A stretch of 64,000 nt of DNA from a virus (Duplodnaviria; Caudoviricetes): positions 1 through 64,000 of the IMG/VR virus record IMGVR_UViG_3300032295_003392; one strand, written 5' to 3'. Shown piece after piece: positions 1-9,624 of this stretch (its first letter is position 1; each line of letters starts with the position of its first letter). The notes under the pieces are model-generated. The model saw nothing but the letters and a program-made list of their open reading frames with translations. It was not told the origin of the DNA and did not search any database. The translations under genes and the position numbers were made by a program.

Positions 1-2
1 AT

Positions 3-455
3 GAATATAAGGCAGCCACTAAGAAACTTTATGGTGTTGTAAATTCTGGGAGCTCCGAACTTAAAGAAAAAATATTTCAAGTATATAAAATGATAAGGGA
101 AGAAAGGAGTGTTTTTCCCGAAATTGCTGAAATAGAAGATATGTTTTTAGATATCATTGATGATGGATATTCGTTTATAGTTTACAGTAGTCAGTATGAG
201 TATAAAATAAAAATGTATAAAGACGATGATACCCTTGATAATTTTGTACAATATACAAAATTTTTAGGCGAAAGAGTAAAAAGATTAAATGTTAACCCGC
301 TAAAATCTACACTATCCAAGGCAGAAAGACTAAATGGATTTTATAACCAATTGGAAAGAGGGAAAGACAGATATGAGGTGAATGAATTTCAAGTGGTAAT
401 AAGAAGAACCGGTTGGCAAAAAAGTGGTAGAGATGGTTCTTGGAGTCCTGAATAA
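3..455 (+). CDS. Hypothetical protein, 5'-truncated by the window edge
   Basis: The frame of the ORF-track ATG at 90 is open back to position 3 (EYKAATKKLYGVVNSGSSELKEKIFQVYK-MIREE...), so the true start probably lies outside the window. Confidence 0.6.
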   Translation, partial: EYKAATKKLYGVVNSGSSELKEKIFQVYKMIREERSVFPEIAEIEDMFLDIIDDGYSFIVYSSQYEYKIKMYKDDDTLDNFVQYTKFLGERVKRLNVNPLKSTLSKAERLNGFYNQLERGKDRYEVNEFQVVIRRTGWQKSGRDGSWSPE

Positions 456-467
456 AAAAAATCTTAT

Positions 468-1790
468 ATGTCAAAGTATCTCAAAAATTGGAAAACTTTT
501 TTGTTACAAGAGAAACAATTAGATCTTTTCCAAGGAACATTTTGGGAGAAACCAGAATTGAAATATAAAAATTACTGGCCAATCACACCCGAGGAAATAG
601 AAGATTTACTTTTTGAGTTAATTGAAGGTAATTATATAATCAATTATTTTTTTTCATTTATTGATGAAACAGAAGACACACCTTATAATATAGTAGAATC
701 TTTAAATAAAAGGGAATTGACTCCTTGTGTTAGAGTTGAGATAAGTCCACAAAAAGGTATTACAGATGAAGACTTATCTCACGTTCTAAAATCATTTTCA
801 ACAAGAGTAAAGCCAAGGTTTGGTAAAATTGAAATTTTCGATGACGATGGAATGTTAGAATTGAATAAACTCAAAATAAAGGGTGGTATTGAGTATGAAA
901 TAGAACCAGATGATATAGGTGATGTTTCAACTATTAATATAAATCTTATTTGGTTCAAACCACTTTATCTAACTGATAAGATGATATTTGAATATCACAA
1001 TTTTGATGATAGATTGGAAGTTTATTATGATGATAAAGAGCAGGCTTATGTAACATACACAGCTGATACATATGCTCGTTATTTGATTTCCTCAAGAGAT
1101 GATTACTATAATATATTGGTTGATGATAATGGATTTGATTCACTTTGGGATAGATATTGGGATTATGCGGATAGACCAGATATTGAAACACTTTTCAAAT
1201 ACTATTTACACATAAAAACTGTCCAATTGTTAGTAGATTATCTTGTAAAAGATTTTGAACAATTAAAAGAAATCAACGAGGATGAGTATAAAACTCTTGT
1301 TGGTGTTGGTATAAATTCAAAAGAAGAATTGATTTCAAGGGTTCAAAAGGTTGGACTTGTGGATATCGGCAATTTACTTTTTGAGATAGATGAGGATACT
1401 ATTGGAGAGATAAGAGATTTATACAGTAATATGCAAGTTGATGCTTATGTAGATAGTACACAAAATGGAATAGTCAATGCTTTGGAACAAGTTATTGAAG
1501 ATAACTTAGATACTAAAGTTGTAAAAACCTATTGGAAAGATGGACACCCATTCCTCACTATGAAATTCAATTTAGATTGGTTAGAATACTTTGAGGGGGG
1601 TGATGAATGGTTGAGTACTGTTTGGGGGGATTGGTTGGACAGATGTTATAGGAGCAGTAATGGATTAAGAGTTAGAATAGATGAATATGTAACACCAGAT
1701 TTCAAAGACTTTAATAATCAAGTCCAATCAATGGTATTAGGAATGATGAAAAGAGAGGGGAGAACGACGACTGTTGAGATTACAGATTGA
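468..1790 (+). CDS. Acidic hypothetical protein (440 aa), possible capsid-internal protein
   Basis: Long ORF, very D/E-rich; N-terminus MSKYLKNWKTFLLQE resembles the MKx[IL]KxF motif at 12738 and 18531. Confidence 0.6.
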   Translation: MSKYLKNWKTFLLQEKQLDLFQGTFWEKPELKYKNYWPITPEEIEDLLFELIEGNYIINYFFSFIDETEDTPYNIVESLNKRELTPCVRVEISPQKGITDEDLSHVLKSFSTRVKPRFGKIEIFDDDGMLELNKLKIKGGIEYEIEPDDIGDVSTININLIWFKPLYLTDKMIFEYHNFDDRLEVYYDDKEQAYVTYTADTYARYLISSRDDYYNILVDDNGFDSLWDRYWDYADRPDIETLFKYYLHIKTVQLLVDYLVKDFEQLKEINEDEYKTLVGVGINSKEELISRVQKVGLVDIGNLLFEIDEDTIGEIRDLYSNMQVDAYVDSTQNGIVNALEQVIEDNLDTKVVKTYWKDGHPFLTMKFNLDWLEYFEGGDEWLSTVWGDWLDRCYRSSNGLRVRIDEYVTPDFKDFNNQVQSMVLGMMKREGRTTTVEITD

Positions 1791-2346
1791 GATAGGACCT
1801 CAATTTCATTAACATAAACTCAGTAACAACATCAGAAGGAATCATTGAATTGATGTACTTAACATCAACTTTAGCAGTCTGACTCATTTTTTCAAGTAAA
1901 CTACCATCACCCTTGATACTTATTTCATGATAGTCAGATTCAGTTAAAGGCAATATAACCGGATAGAACTTATTAGCACATCCTTTCATATAGAAAAGAG
2001 GTTTATCAAATTCAAATTTATATTCGTCTCTTAATACAATACCAGCTTCTTCTTGTAACTCCCTATAAAGAGCTTCCTCTGGTGTTTCACCTTGTTCGAT
2101 ACCACCACCAACACAAACTAAATGTTGTTGTTGACCCTCTTTGAACTTGAAAGATGGTACATATTCTTGTCTGATTATGAATTTATTAAGTTCAACTAAG
2201 TATGGAATACATATAACACAATCTTTATCATCAATAACAGACCACTCTTCAAACTTAACGACTTCCATCCCACCATCTTTAAAGAGGACCTCTTGTTTTT
2301 TGAATCTTTTGGATTCTTCGGATTTCATACTTGAAAATTTTTCCAT
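1780..2346 (-). CDS. Nudix hydrolase (ADP-ribose pyrophosphatase-like)
   Basis: Nudix box GGIEQGETPEEALYRELQEEAG. Confidence 0.9.
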   Translation of the reverse strand: MEKFSSMKSEESKRFKKQEVLFKDGGMEVVKFEEWSVIDDKDCVICIPYLVELNKFIIRQEYVPSFKFKEGQQQHLVCVGGGIEQGETPEEALYRELQEEAGIVLRDEYKFEFDKPLFYMKGCANKFYPVILPLTESDYHEISIKGDGSLLEKMSQTAKVDVKYINSMIPSDVVTEFMLMKLRSYLNL

Positions 2347-2368
2347 TACAAATGATAAATTATTTCCT

Positions 2369-2378
2369 TATATATTAA
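2369..2378 (-). promoter_or_regulatory. Putative phage-specific promoter TTAATATATA (Nudix gene)
   Basis: Exact copy of the recurring motif, 22 nt upstream of the ATG at 2346. Confidence 0.55.
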
Positions 2379-2382
2379 AGAT

Positions 2383-3018
2383 TCAATATTTGTAATTTTT
2401 TGTCTGAACTCTACACTTAATCTGACTTTTTGTATTATTGTTCTCAGTCAGTCCGTTTTCCAACTTAGCCGACTTTCTCTTCAAAACCAAACCCTCAACC
2501 GCATCACCCACAGTGATTTGGTTGAATATTTCAAGAAAAGATTTATCAAATGATTTTACTCTATACACATTTTCGGATATTGAATAAAGATATGACTTTT
2601 CCGAATCATTTGTTTTGTAAAGTTCATCCAAAATCTTTATTCTGTCGACAAAGGTTAAACCAACAAGATGGTTTGAATCCTTAACTAAAATATCAAATAT
2701 GACAAACTTACTATTGAAAACATTTCCTGTTTCATCAATCTTTGATTTGTTCATCCACTCACCATTTAAAACCATCCAACCTTTGCCCCTATATAGGTTT
2801 CTTAACTCAGACATATCCAAAGAGAAACCAGATAGCAACTGACCGTGCCGATTATAAACATAGGATTTGTTTTCATTCATGTAAACAGTACAGTTACTAC
2901 CATTCATTTTTGGCTGAGCTACCATACAGTTATTATCCCAAGATTTTAAATCCTTTGGTGGGATGGGGTTTTTTGGTCGAGGTGGGAAGATGTAAGAAAA
3001 ATGGGTATATCCTATCAT
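2383..3018 (-). CDS. ATP-dependent ligase, nucleotidyltransferase domain only (DNA or RNA ligase-like)
   Basis: Motif I QPKMNGSN, Ia NRHG, III LNGEW, IIIa FVIFDIL, IV EGLVLK, V-like QIKCR; no OB domain (211 aa). Confidence 0.75.
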   Translation of the reverse strand: MIGYTHFSYIFPPRPKNPIPPKDLKSWDNNCMVAQPKMNGSNCTVYMNENKSYVYNRHGQLLSGFSLDMSELRNLYRGKGWMVLNGEWMNKSKIDETGNVFNSKFVIFDILVKDSNHLVGLTFVDRIKILDELYKTNDSEKSYLYSISENVYRVKSFDKSFLEIFNQITVGDAVEGLVLKRKSAKLENGLTENNNTKSQIKCRVQTKNYKY

Positions 3019-3023
3019 ATTTA

Positions 3024-3054
3024 CAAAGATATAAATAATTTTTTAATAATCAAA
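3024..3054 (-). promoter_or_regulatory. Bacteroidota housekeeping-sigma promoter
   Basis: Minus strand TTTG-N19-TATCTTTG, then 5 nt to the ATG at 3018. Confidence 0.8.
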
Positions 3055-3084
3055 CCATTTATAAACAAAATGATAAAAGATATT

Positions 3085-4203
3085 ATGAAAAAGATTGCCC
3101 TATGTCAAATTGTAAAAAATGAATCTCATGTCATAAAGAGATGTCTCGATTCAGTAAAAAGATTAATCGACTATGTTCTAATAGTTGATACAGGATCTAC
3201 CGACAATACAATAGAGACAATTCAAGAATGGTTAGCAGAAAACCAAATCGAGGGGGAGGTAATATCAGAACCTTGGAAAAACTTTGCCTATAACAGAACT
3301 TTCGCACTCAATAAGTTGATGGAAAAGGATTTTATTGATTATGCTCTGATGATAGATGCAGATGAAACACTTGTATTTGAGGATGGGTTCAACGCAGAGG
3401 ATTTCAAATCAAACTTGACAGACGAGATTTATAACGTCATAACAAATATGGGTGGGTCAACTTATGTAAGACCACAAATAACATCCAATAAAAAATCTTT
3501 CGAATATTGTGGTGTAGTTCATGAATTCTTAAGTTTATCAAATGCTGGGAGTATGGGGAGAGCATTTGGTTTTTTCAACTCACCTGTCCAAGATAGTAAC
3601 AGAAATATCAGTGGCAATAAGTTTTTACAAGATGCAAGTTTGCTCGAATCCGCAATAGCAGATGAACCAGATGGTTCTTGGATAAAATCAAGATACACAT
3701 TCTATCTAGCACAATCCTACAGAGATTCTGGACTTAAAGAAAAATCTTTAGAAAACTATCTAAAAAGAGCTGATATGGGTTATTGGAATGAAGAACAATA
3801 TATCAGTCTATATAATGCGGCAAATATTATGAAAGACCTTGGATATTCCAAAGGTGATGTGATTCAAACTTATATGAGAGCTATTGAACTTATCCCAACA
3901 AGAGCAGAAGCTTTCTATGGGTTTGTCAATTATTGTAGATTGAATGCACTCCATCAACAAGGTTATATGATTGGTAAATATGGAATAGATTTACAAATGC
4001 CTGGCGATGGTCTATTCTTGGAATCTTGGGTTTATGACTATGCTCTTCTAGATGAATTTTCAATAGTTGCCTTTTGGTCCAAAAACTATACAGAGTCAAG
4101 AGATGCTTGTATAAGATTACTCAATGGAAATAAATTGCCCGAACATTATGTAAACCGAATCAAAGAAAATTTACAATATTCTTTGGATAGACTCGGACAA
4201 TAA
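3085..4203 (+). CDS. Glycosyltransferase family 2 with C-terminal TPR repeats
   Basis: LCQIVKNE...IVDTGSTD, DADE (DxD), then TPR-like helices (RYTFYLAQSYRD, RAEAFY); start re-assigned to MKKIALC at 3085. Confidence 0.85.
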   Translation: MKKIALCQIVKNESHVIKRCLDSVKRLIDYVLIVDTGSTDNTIETIQEWLAENQIEGEVISEPWKNFAYNRTFALNKLMEKDFIDYALMIDADETLVFEDGFNAEDFKSNLTDEIYNVITNMGGSTYVRPQITSNKKSFEYCGVVHEFLSLSNAGSMGRAFGFFNSPVQDSNRNISGNKFLQDASLLESAIADEPDGSWIKSRYTFYLAQSYRDSGLKEKSLENYLKRADMGYWNEEQYISLYNAANIMKDLGYSKGDVIQTYMRAIELIPTRAEAFYGFVNYCRLNALHQQGYMIGKYGIDLQMPGDGLFLESWVYDYALLDEFSIVAFWSKNYTESRDACIRLLNGNKLPEHYVNRIKENLQYSLDRLGQ

Positions 4204-4213
4204 CTTATATTTG
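4182..4213 (+). promoter_or_regulatory. Bacteroidota housekeeping-sigma promoter
   Basis: TTTG-N20-TATATTTG, then 5 nt to the ATG at 4219. Confidence 0.8.
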
Positions 4214-4218
4214 CACTT

Positions 4219-5097
4219 ATGAAAATAAGTTCAGAATGCATTCTCCACAATATAAATACTTTGGACTCCGTTAAAAGGGATTTCCCCATTTTGATTAGTT
4301 ATGAAAATGAATCTGAGCCGTATAGAAAAAGACAACTATGGTCTGAGTGTAGTTTATATGGATTACAAAATTATACATCCTTCATAGATTTAATAAACAT
4401 CACTAAGGAGAATAACCAAGAGATTTTCTATAAGAAGAAAATTAAAATAAAAGATTTCCAAGAAATAGTCACAAACTGTGCCATAGACGAAAAGGTTAAA
4501 AAGTCTTTGAAATCCAAGGGTAAAATAAGTTTTGCTAAACTTATCAACAGTACTAAATGGGAAATCTACTCTGGTGATAATAATTATCGATTGAGAAAAA
4601 AATATGCGAACAACTTTTCTAAAGCCCAAGCAATCATTGCAAATTTTTGTATTCAAAATGGTGTAGAGATTGATTCCCCCACAAAAATAAATGAGTTTTA
4701 CACAACCAAACTCACACAAATAGACCCATCCATAAAACAAGAACTAGACTTAACAAATGAGGTTGTTGATTATATTGTCAATAAACTGTCAGAAAAAAAC
4801 TACGATTTTAAAAAACTCAATGTTGATGGTTTGAATAGATTGATAAGCGATAAACTATCCAAAAAAATAATCGATATAGACCAAGGTGAATCTGTAAAAC
4901 TTATTGATGAAAGTGAATTTCATAAACACTTAACTTTCGGAAAGGTTTATAACATTATCTCAAAAGACTTTCAAAGTGGTAGATTAACAATTCAAATAGA
5001 GAATGATTTGGGATTGACAAGACGTTACCCATATAGAATTTTTGAAACAGTTTCAAACTTGAGGAATAACGCAATCGATGATTTGCTTCAGTTATAA
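4219..5097 (+). CDS. Hypothetical protein with C-terminal SH3-like module and RxxxIxxLL tail
   Basis: 292-aa ORF; ends HLTFGKVYNII...YRIF...LRNNAIDDLLQL. Confidence 0.7.
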   Translation: MKISSECILHNINTLDSVKRDFPILISYENESEPYRKRQLWSECSLYGLQNYTSFIDLINITKENNQEIFYKKKIKIKDFQEIVTNCAIDEKVKKSLKSKGKISFAKLINSTKWEIYSGDNNYRLRKKYANNFSKAQAIIANFCIQNGVEIDSPTKINEFYTTKLTQIDPSIKQELDLTNEVVDYIVNKLSEKNYDFKKLNVDGLNRLISDKLSKKIIDIDQGESVKLIDESEFHKHLTFGKVYNIISKDFQSGRLTIQIENDLGLTRRYPYRIFETVSNLRNNAIDDLLQL

Positions 5098-5124
5098 AAT
5101 TATATATACTGAAAATAAAATTAT

Positions 5125-7074
5125 TTGATGCTTATTGAAACAATAGAAACGCAATCCACTAGTTTAAATCAGGTTTTAATAAAACAGTTCAGAAATCCCC
5201 ACTTTTACGAAGGAGATTTTATCAAAGGTTCGAAAGAACTAACAAAGAAGGTATCCACCACATTATTAACTGACCGTTGTTCGATTTGGTTATATAATCC
5301 TGATAAAACATCTATAATATGTCAACAACTTTATATACTTAAAGATGATTCTTGGGAACAAGGTTTGGAATTATTTGAAAAAGATTTTCCATCCTACTTT
5401 GAAATCCTCAAAACCAATCCTATAATAGTAGCAAATGATGCGCATACACATCCTGCGACATCTTGTTTCTCGGAAACCTACTTAAAACCACTCGGTATAA
5501 ATTCATTATTGGATGTACCTATCTATTATAAAGGTGATATAGTTGGTGTTATTTGTTTGGAGAACTTTGAGAAAAGGGAATGGAAAACAGATGAAATAGA
5601 ATTTGCAGAAATACTTTCTAATCTTTTATGTTTTGCACTTTATTCAAAAGAAAATTTGAATCAGAAAAACAAACTACAAGAAATCGAAAGGTTTATTGAC
5701 GAAGCCTCACTGGTTTCAAAAGCTGACAATAAGGGGAAAATAACCTATGTGAATAAAAAGTTCATGGATGTATCTGGATACACACTCGAAGAGGTTTTGG
5801 GTAAAGACCACAATCTTGTGAACTCCGGTACACATCCCAAGGAGTTTTGGAAAGAAATGTATAAAACTGTTTTACTTGATAGAGACATTTGGCACAGTGT
5901 AGTTACAAATAGAAAAAAGGATGGAACTTTATACTATGTAGACAGTTATATAAAAGCGGATTTCGATCCAGAGACAAAAAAACTCGAAGGTTATTTATCT
6001 ATTAGACAAGATGTCACTGAACTGAAAATAAAAGAAAATGAAATTAGAAATAGAATGGTCGCCATCAACAGATCCAATGCTGTAATTGAATTTGATTTGG
6101 ATGGTAAAATTATGTATGCTAATGAACTTTTTTGCAAATTAATGATGTATGAAGAAAAAGATATAGTAGGTAAACATCACTCCATCTTTTTAGATGATAC
6201 ATATAAAAATTCTCAAGAGTATAAAGATTTCTGGAAAAACCTGAGAGAGGGCAATTTCGCAACTGGAGAATTTTCTAGGTATAAATCCGATGGCGGTATT
6301 GTCTGGATACAATCTTCGTATAACCCTATTATTGGATATGATGGTAAAGCATATAAAATAATGAAGATTTGCCAAGACATAACAGATAAAGTATTACAAT
6401 CTCAAGAAATAGAAAAGAAAAATACTTATCTTGAACACGCTGCCAAAATTCTAAGACATGATATGCACTCAGGTATCAATACTTATATTCCAAGAGGTAT
6501 AACATCTTTGGGAAGAAGAATAACAGATGACGATATCAGAAACCTAAAAATAGAAGCCCCACTTAAAATGATTAAAGAAGGTTTGAGACATGCCCAAAAA
6601 GTTTATACAGGTGTATATGAATTCACAAATCTCGTTAAGAAAGATGCTTGTTTGACAAAGAAAGAATGTAATATTGGTGAAATATTAGACGATTACCTTT
6701 CTACCACCTCTTATAAATCTCAGGTTGAAATATCTGATAATCTACCGACACTAGAGGTGAACGAATCTTTGTTTTGCACATCATTAGATAACTTAATCAG
6801 AAATGGTTTAAAGTATAATGACAGCACAGTTAAGTTTGTAAAAGTGTATTTTGAGGAACCAAACTTGATTATCTTGGAAGATAACGGAAGAGGTATGTCG
6901 AATGAGGATTTTTTACATCTATCAAAACCTTATGTCAGAAAGGAAAATCAAGCTGAAACTGGTTCTGGCCTTGGACTAAATATATGTATAGCGATATTGA
7001 AAGAACATCAATTTGAAATATCTGCTGAAAAGTTACCAGAATGTGGTACTAAAATAAAAATTAAAGTTCATTAA
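5125..7074 (+). CDS. GAF-PAS-PAS sensor histidine kinase (soluble)
   Basis: GAF (RCSIWL...SLLDVPI...GVICLE), two PAS/PAC (ITYVNKKF...GYT...WHSVVTNRKKDG; IMYANELF...GEFSRYKSDGGIVW), H-box LRHDMHSG, N-box LDNLIRNGLKY, G1 EDNGRGM, G2 GSGLGL; TTG start. Confidence 0.92.
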   Translation: MMLIETIETQSTSLNQVLIKQFRNPHFYEGDFIKGSKELTKKVSTTLLTDRCSIWLYNPDKTSIICQQLYILKDDSWEQGLELFEKDFPSYFEILKTNPIIVANDAHTHPATSCFSETYLKPLGINSLLDVPIYYKGDIVGVICLENFEKREWKTDEIEFAEILSNLLCFALYSKENLNQKNKLQEIERFIDEASLVSKADNKGKITYVNKKFMDVSGYTLEEVLGKDHNLVNSGTHPKEFWKEMYKTVLLDRDIWHSVVTNRKKDGTLYYVDSYIKADFDPETKKLEGYLSIRQDVTELKIKENEIRNRMVAINRSNAVIEFDLDGKIMYANELFCKLMMYEEKDIVGKHHSIFLDDTYKNSQEYKDFWKNLREGNFATGEFSRYKSDGGIVWIQSSYNPIIGYDGKAYKIMKICQDITDKVLQSQEIEKKNTYLEHAAKILRHDMHSGINTYIPRGITSLGRRITDDDIRNLKIEAPLKMIKEGLRHAQKVYTGVYEFTNLVKKDACLTKKECNIGEILDDYLSTTSYKSQVEISDNLPTLEVNESLFCTSLDNLIRNGLKYNDSTVKFVKVYFEEPNLIILEDNGRGMSNEDFLHLSKPYVRKENQAETGSGLGLNICIAILKEHQFEISAEKLPECGTKIKIKVH

Positions 7075-8546
7075 TGATTGGAAGAATATTTTTACCGATT
7101 TTACTATTTTTATCTTTAAGTATAGTTGCACAAGATAGTTCAAAGATTTCCAAAGGAGTTGAATTTTTTGATAAGGGTGTAGTTGAGTCTGACGAAAGAA
7201 AGTTCTTAGCAGCTATATCAGATTACACGGAAGCCATCAAGATTAATCCAAAATATTCCGATGCTTATTTTTATCGTGGATGTGCACATTTTGAACTTGA
7301 AAACTATGAAAAATCAATAAAGGATTTCGATAAAGCAATAGCGGTAAATCCCTATTATGTAGATGCTTATTATTATAGAGGTCTAGCAAATGATAGACTC
7401 GCTGAGAAAGAAAAAAACAAAAATAAGATAAAGAAAATTGAACTACCAAGTGATTCTCTCTTAGACAAATCATTAAGCCCAAAAACTGCTAGATTCCTAC
7501 AAAATTTAAGTAAAGTTGACTATACAAAAATATCCAAAGCGGAGGCAAAAGAATATCTATCACAAATCGATAGTGAGTTACACAAATTGATGGAGGAAAG
7601 TGATTCCATATCAAAACTTGATAAACCAAATATAGTTCAGTTGGAAGCCAATAAAAGAGCTATAGAAACTCTTCAACACCAAAAAAGATTACAATCAACA
7701 ATAATCGAAAGAGAGGGATTCAAAGTCGAGGTTAACTTTTTACAAAAAGTTTTAATATGGGTTTCTATATTTATGGTTATAATGATAATCATCATTTCAC
7801 TAACTTGGAAAACTTTAAAACAGAAAAAACGTATCGAAAAATTAACAAAAGATGTAGAACAACAAATGAATGACATCGAAACCAAAAATGGATTTTTGGA
7901 ATATTCAGCTAGACTTATCCGACATGATATGCACTCTGGTATAAACACCTACATACCAAGGGGTCTTAGTTCACTAGAAAAGAAAATACCAGAGGATGTT
8001 ATACAAAATTTGAAGATTGAAACATCTCTCAAAATGATAAAGGATGGATTGAGTCACACGCAAAGAGTCTACAAAGAGGTATTTAACTTTTCCAATTTAG
8101 TTAAGAAAGATATTGTCTTAGAAAAGAAACTTTGTAATATAAAATTAATTTTAGAGAATCATATTGAAAACACCGCATACAAGTCAAAAGTCAATATTTC
8201 TGAAGATTTACCCGATTTACAAGTTAATGAAAATTTATTTTTACTAGCTATCGAACATTTTATCAAAAATGGACTGAAATATAACGATTCCGAGGAAAAA
8301 GTAGTAAAAATTTATATGGATAATGAATATATATGTGTAGAGGACAATGGTCGGGGAATGTCTCAAGAGGAATTTATCGAACTTGCTAAACCTTTCGCTA
8401 GAAAAGAAAATCAAACTGAAACTGGTGATGGGATAGGACTTACGATAAGTTTAGCAATACTCAAGGAACATGCGTTCACCGTGTCATCTGAAAAAACAAA
8501 ACCTAATGGTACAATAATAAAAATAAAAATATTTGAAAATGATTGA
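7074..8546 (+). CDS. Membrane histidine kinase with signal peptide and periplasmic TPR sensor
   Basis: Hydrophobic N-terminus, TPR repeats (AISDYTEAIKINP, AYFYRG, AYYYRG), TM helix VLIWVSIFMVIMIIIISLTW, H-box IRHDMHSG, EDNGRGM, GDGIGL; TAATG overlap with the upstream kinase. Confidence 0.9.
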   Translation: MIGRIFLPILLFLSLSIVAQDSSKISKGVEFFDKGVVESDERKFLAAISDYTEAIKINPKYSDAYFYRGCAHFELENYEKSIKDFDKAIAVNPYYVDAYYYRGLANDRLAEKEKNKNKIKKIELPSDSLLDKSLSPKTARFLQNLSKVDYTKISKAEAKEYLSQIDSELHKLMEESDSISKLDKPNIVQLEANKRAIETLQHQKRLQSTIIEREGFKVEVNFLQKVLIWVSIFMVIMIIIISLTWKTLKQKKRIEKLTKDVEQQMNDIETKNGFLEYSARLIRHDMHSGINTYIPRGLSSLEKKIPEDVIQNLKIETSLKMIKDGLSHTQRVYKEVFNFSNLVKKDIVLEKKLCNIKLILENHIENTAYKSKVNISEDLPDLQVNENLFLLAIEHFIKNGLKYNDSEEKVVKIYMDNEYICVEDNGRGMSQEEFIELAKPFARKENQTETGDGIGLTISLAILKEHAFTVSSEKTKPNGTIIKIKIFEND

Positions 8547-8970
8547 GTCAATTTTGTTGGTAGATGATGAGGATTTATTCCACTTAGTTTTTGAGGATGC
8601 TTGCTCACTCCTTGACATAACCCTCTCTTTACAGAGTTTAACTAATACAGACGAAACTGAAAAACTTTTTAAAGGATGGCAAAAAGATTCCGCCGGTAGA
8701 CCAGAATGTGTATTTGTGGATTTAAATATTATTGGTTCTTCCTTTGATGGTATCGAACTAATAAGGAAAATCAATTTTGATTATGGAAATAACGTTGTCA
8801 TTGGTATTATCTCTTCTTCAAATGAACCAGAAGAACAGTCAAGAGCAATGAAAGCTGGAGCTCAGTTCTGGATTATCAAATCCGATGAAATCGAACCAAG
8901 ACTTGAGGATTTTAGAAAAGACTACGAAGGATATAAGTCAAGAAAAGCCCCATTCAAAATTTATAAATAA
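8539..8970 (+). CDS. Stand-alone response-regulator receiver (CheY-like)
   Basis: ILLVDDE, phosphoacceptor VFVDLN...DGIELI, IISSS, conserved Lys in WIIKS; no output domain. Confidence 0.9.
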   Translation: MIESILLVDDEDLFHLVFEDACSLLDITLSLQSLTNTDETEKLFKGWQKDSAGRPECVFVDLNIIGSSFDGIELIRKINFDYGNNVVIGIISSSNEPEEQSRAMKAGAQFWIIKSDEIEPRLEDFRKDYEGYKSRKAPFKIYK

Positions 8971-8973
8971 TTT

Positions 8974-9624
8974 ATGATAGTTTTTGATTCCAAATCCAAA
9001 AAGCAACTAATTCAACTCCTAGACGAGAAAAAGATTTCAATCGAAGGAAATATCCTAAAACTCATCGACACAACAAACGATGAGTCATTCGAGAACTATG
9101 TTAAAACATCAATAGAAAAGGATAAGGAATCAAGAAGGAAAAGACTTGAGGTAACAAAACAAGTACAAGTTCAGAATAAAGAGTTACTCGAGAAAAAAAC
9201 GGAAATGGAGGATATTCAAAAGAATCTAGAAGAGTCTCTTGAAAAGTTACAAAAATCTATGGAAGAGGTGGAAGCTTCTAAAGAAGAATCCGAAAAGTCA
9301 AGACTTGAAGCAGAGTTAGCAAAAGAAGAAGCTGAACTAGCAAGACAAGAAGCTGAAAATGCTAAACTGAAAGTTGAAAGTGATTTGGACATTCTCCAAA
9401 GGAGAACTCAAAACGAACTTATCGGAACTATTGTAAAAGTAGCTTTGATGGTTATAGTTGGAGTTGGTATTGTAACAACTGGTGTTTACCTCCTAGCGAT
9501 ATTCACAGATAAGAACACCGAGGTTATTGCTTCCACTTGGGCAAACATCGTTGGTATCTTATTGACTAATGCTTTTAGTATTGTGGGAACTATTATGGGT
9601 GTTAAATACGCATCAGAGAAATAA
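8974..9624 (+). CDS. Coiled-coil protein with two C-terminal TM helices
   Basis: E/K-rich heptads (AELAKEEAELARQEAE), then VALMVIVGVGIVTTGVYLLAIF and WANIVGILLTNAFSIVGTIMGV. Confidence 0.75.
   Translation: MIVFDSKSKKQLIQLLDEKKISIEGNILKLIDTTNDESFENYVKTSIEKDKESRRKRLEVTKQVQVQNKELLEKKTEMEDIQKNLEESLEKLQKSMEEVEASKEESEKSRLEAELAKEEAELARQEAENAKLKVESDLDILQRRTQNELIGTIVKVALMVIVGVGIVTTGVYLLAIFTDKNTEVIASTWANIVGILLTNAFSIVGTIMGVKYASEK

Noticed and set aside
80-92. TATATAAA before the ORF-track ATG at 90 as a promoter
   Set aside because: The frame is open to the window start, so this is probably coding sequence.
9240-9370. gaagctgaactagca-like nucleotide repeats
   Set aside because: Explained by the coiled-coil AELAKEE protein repeat of the host ORF.
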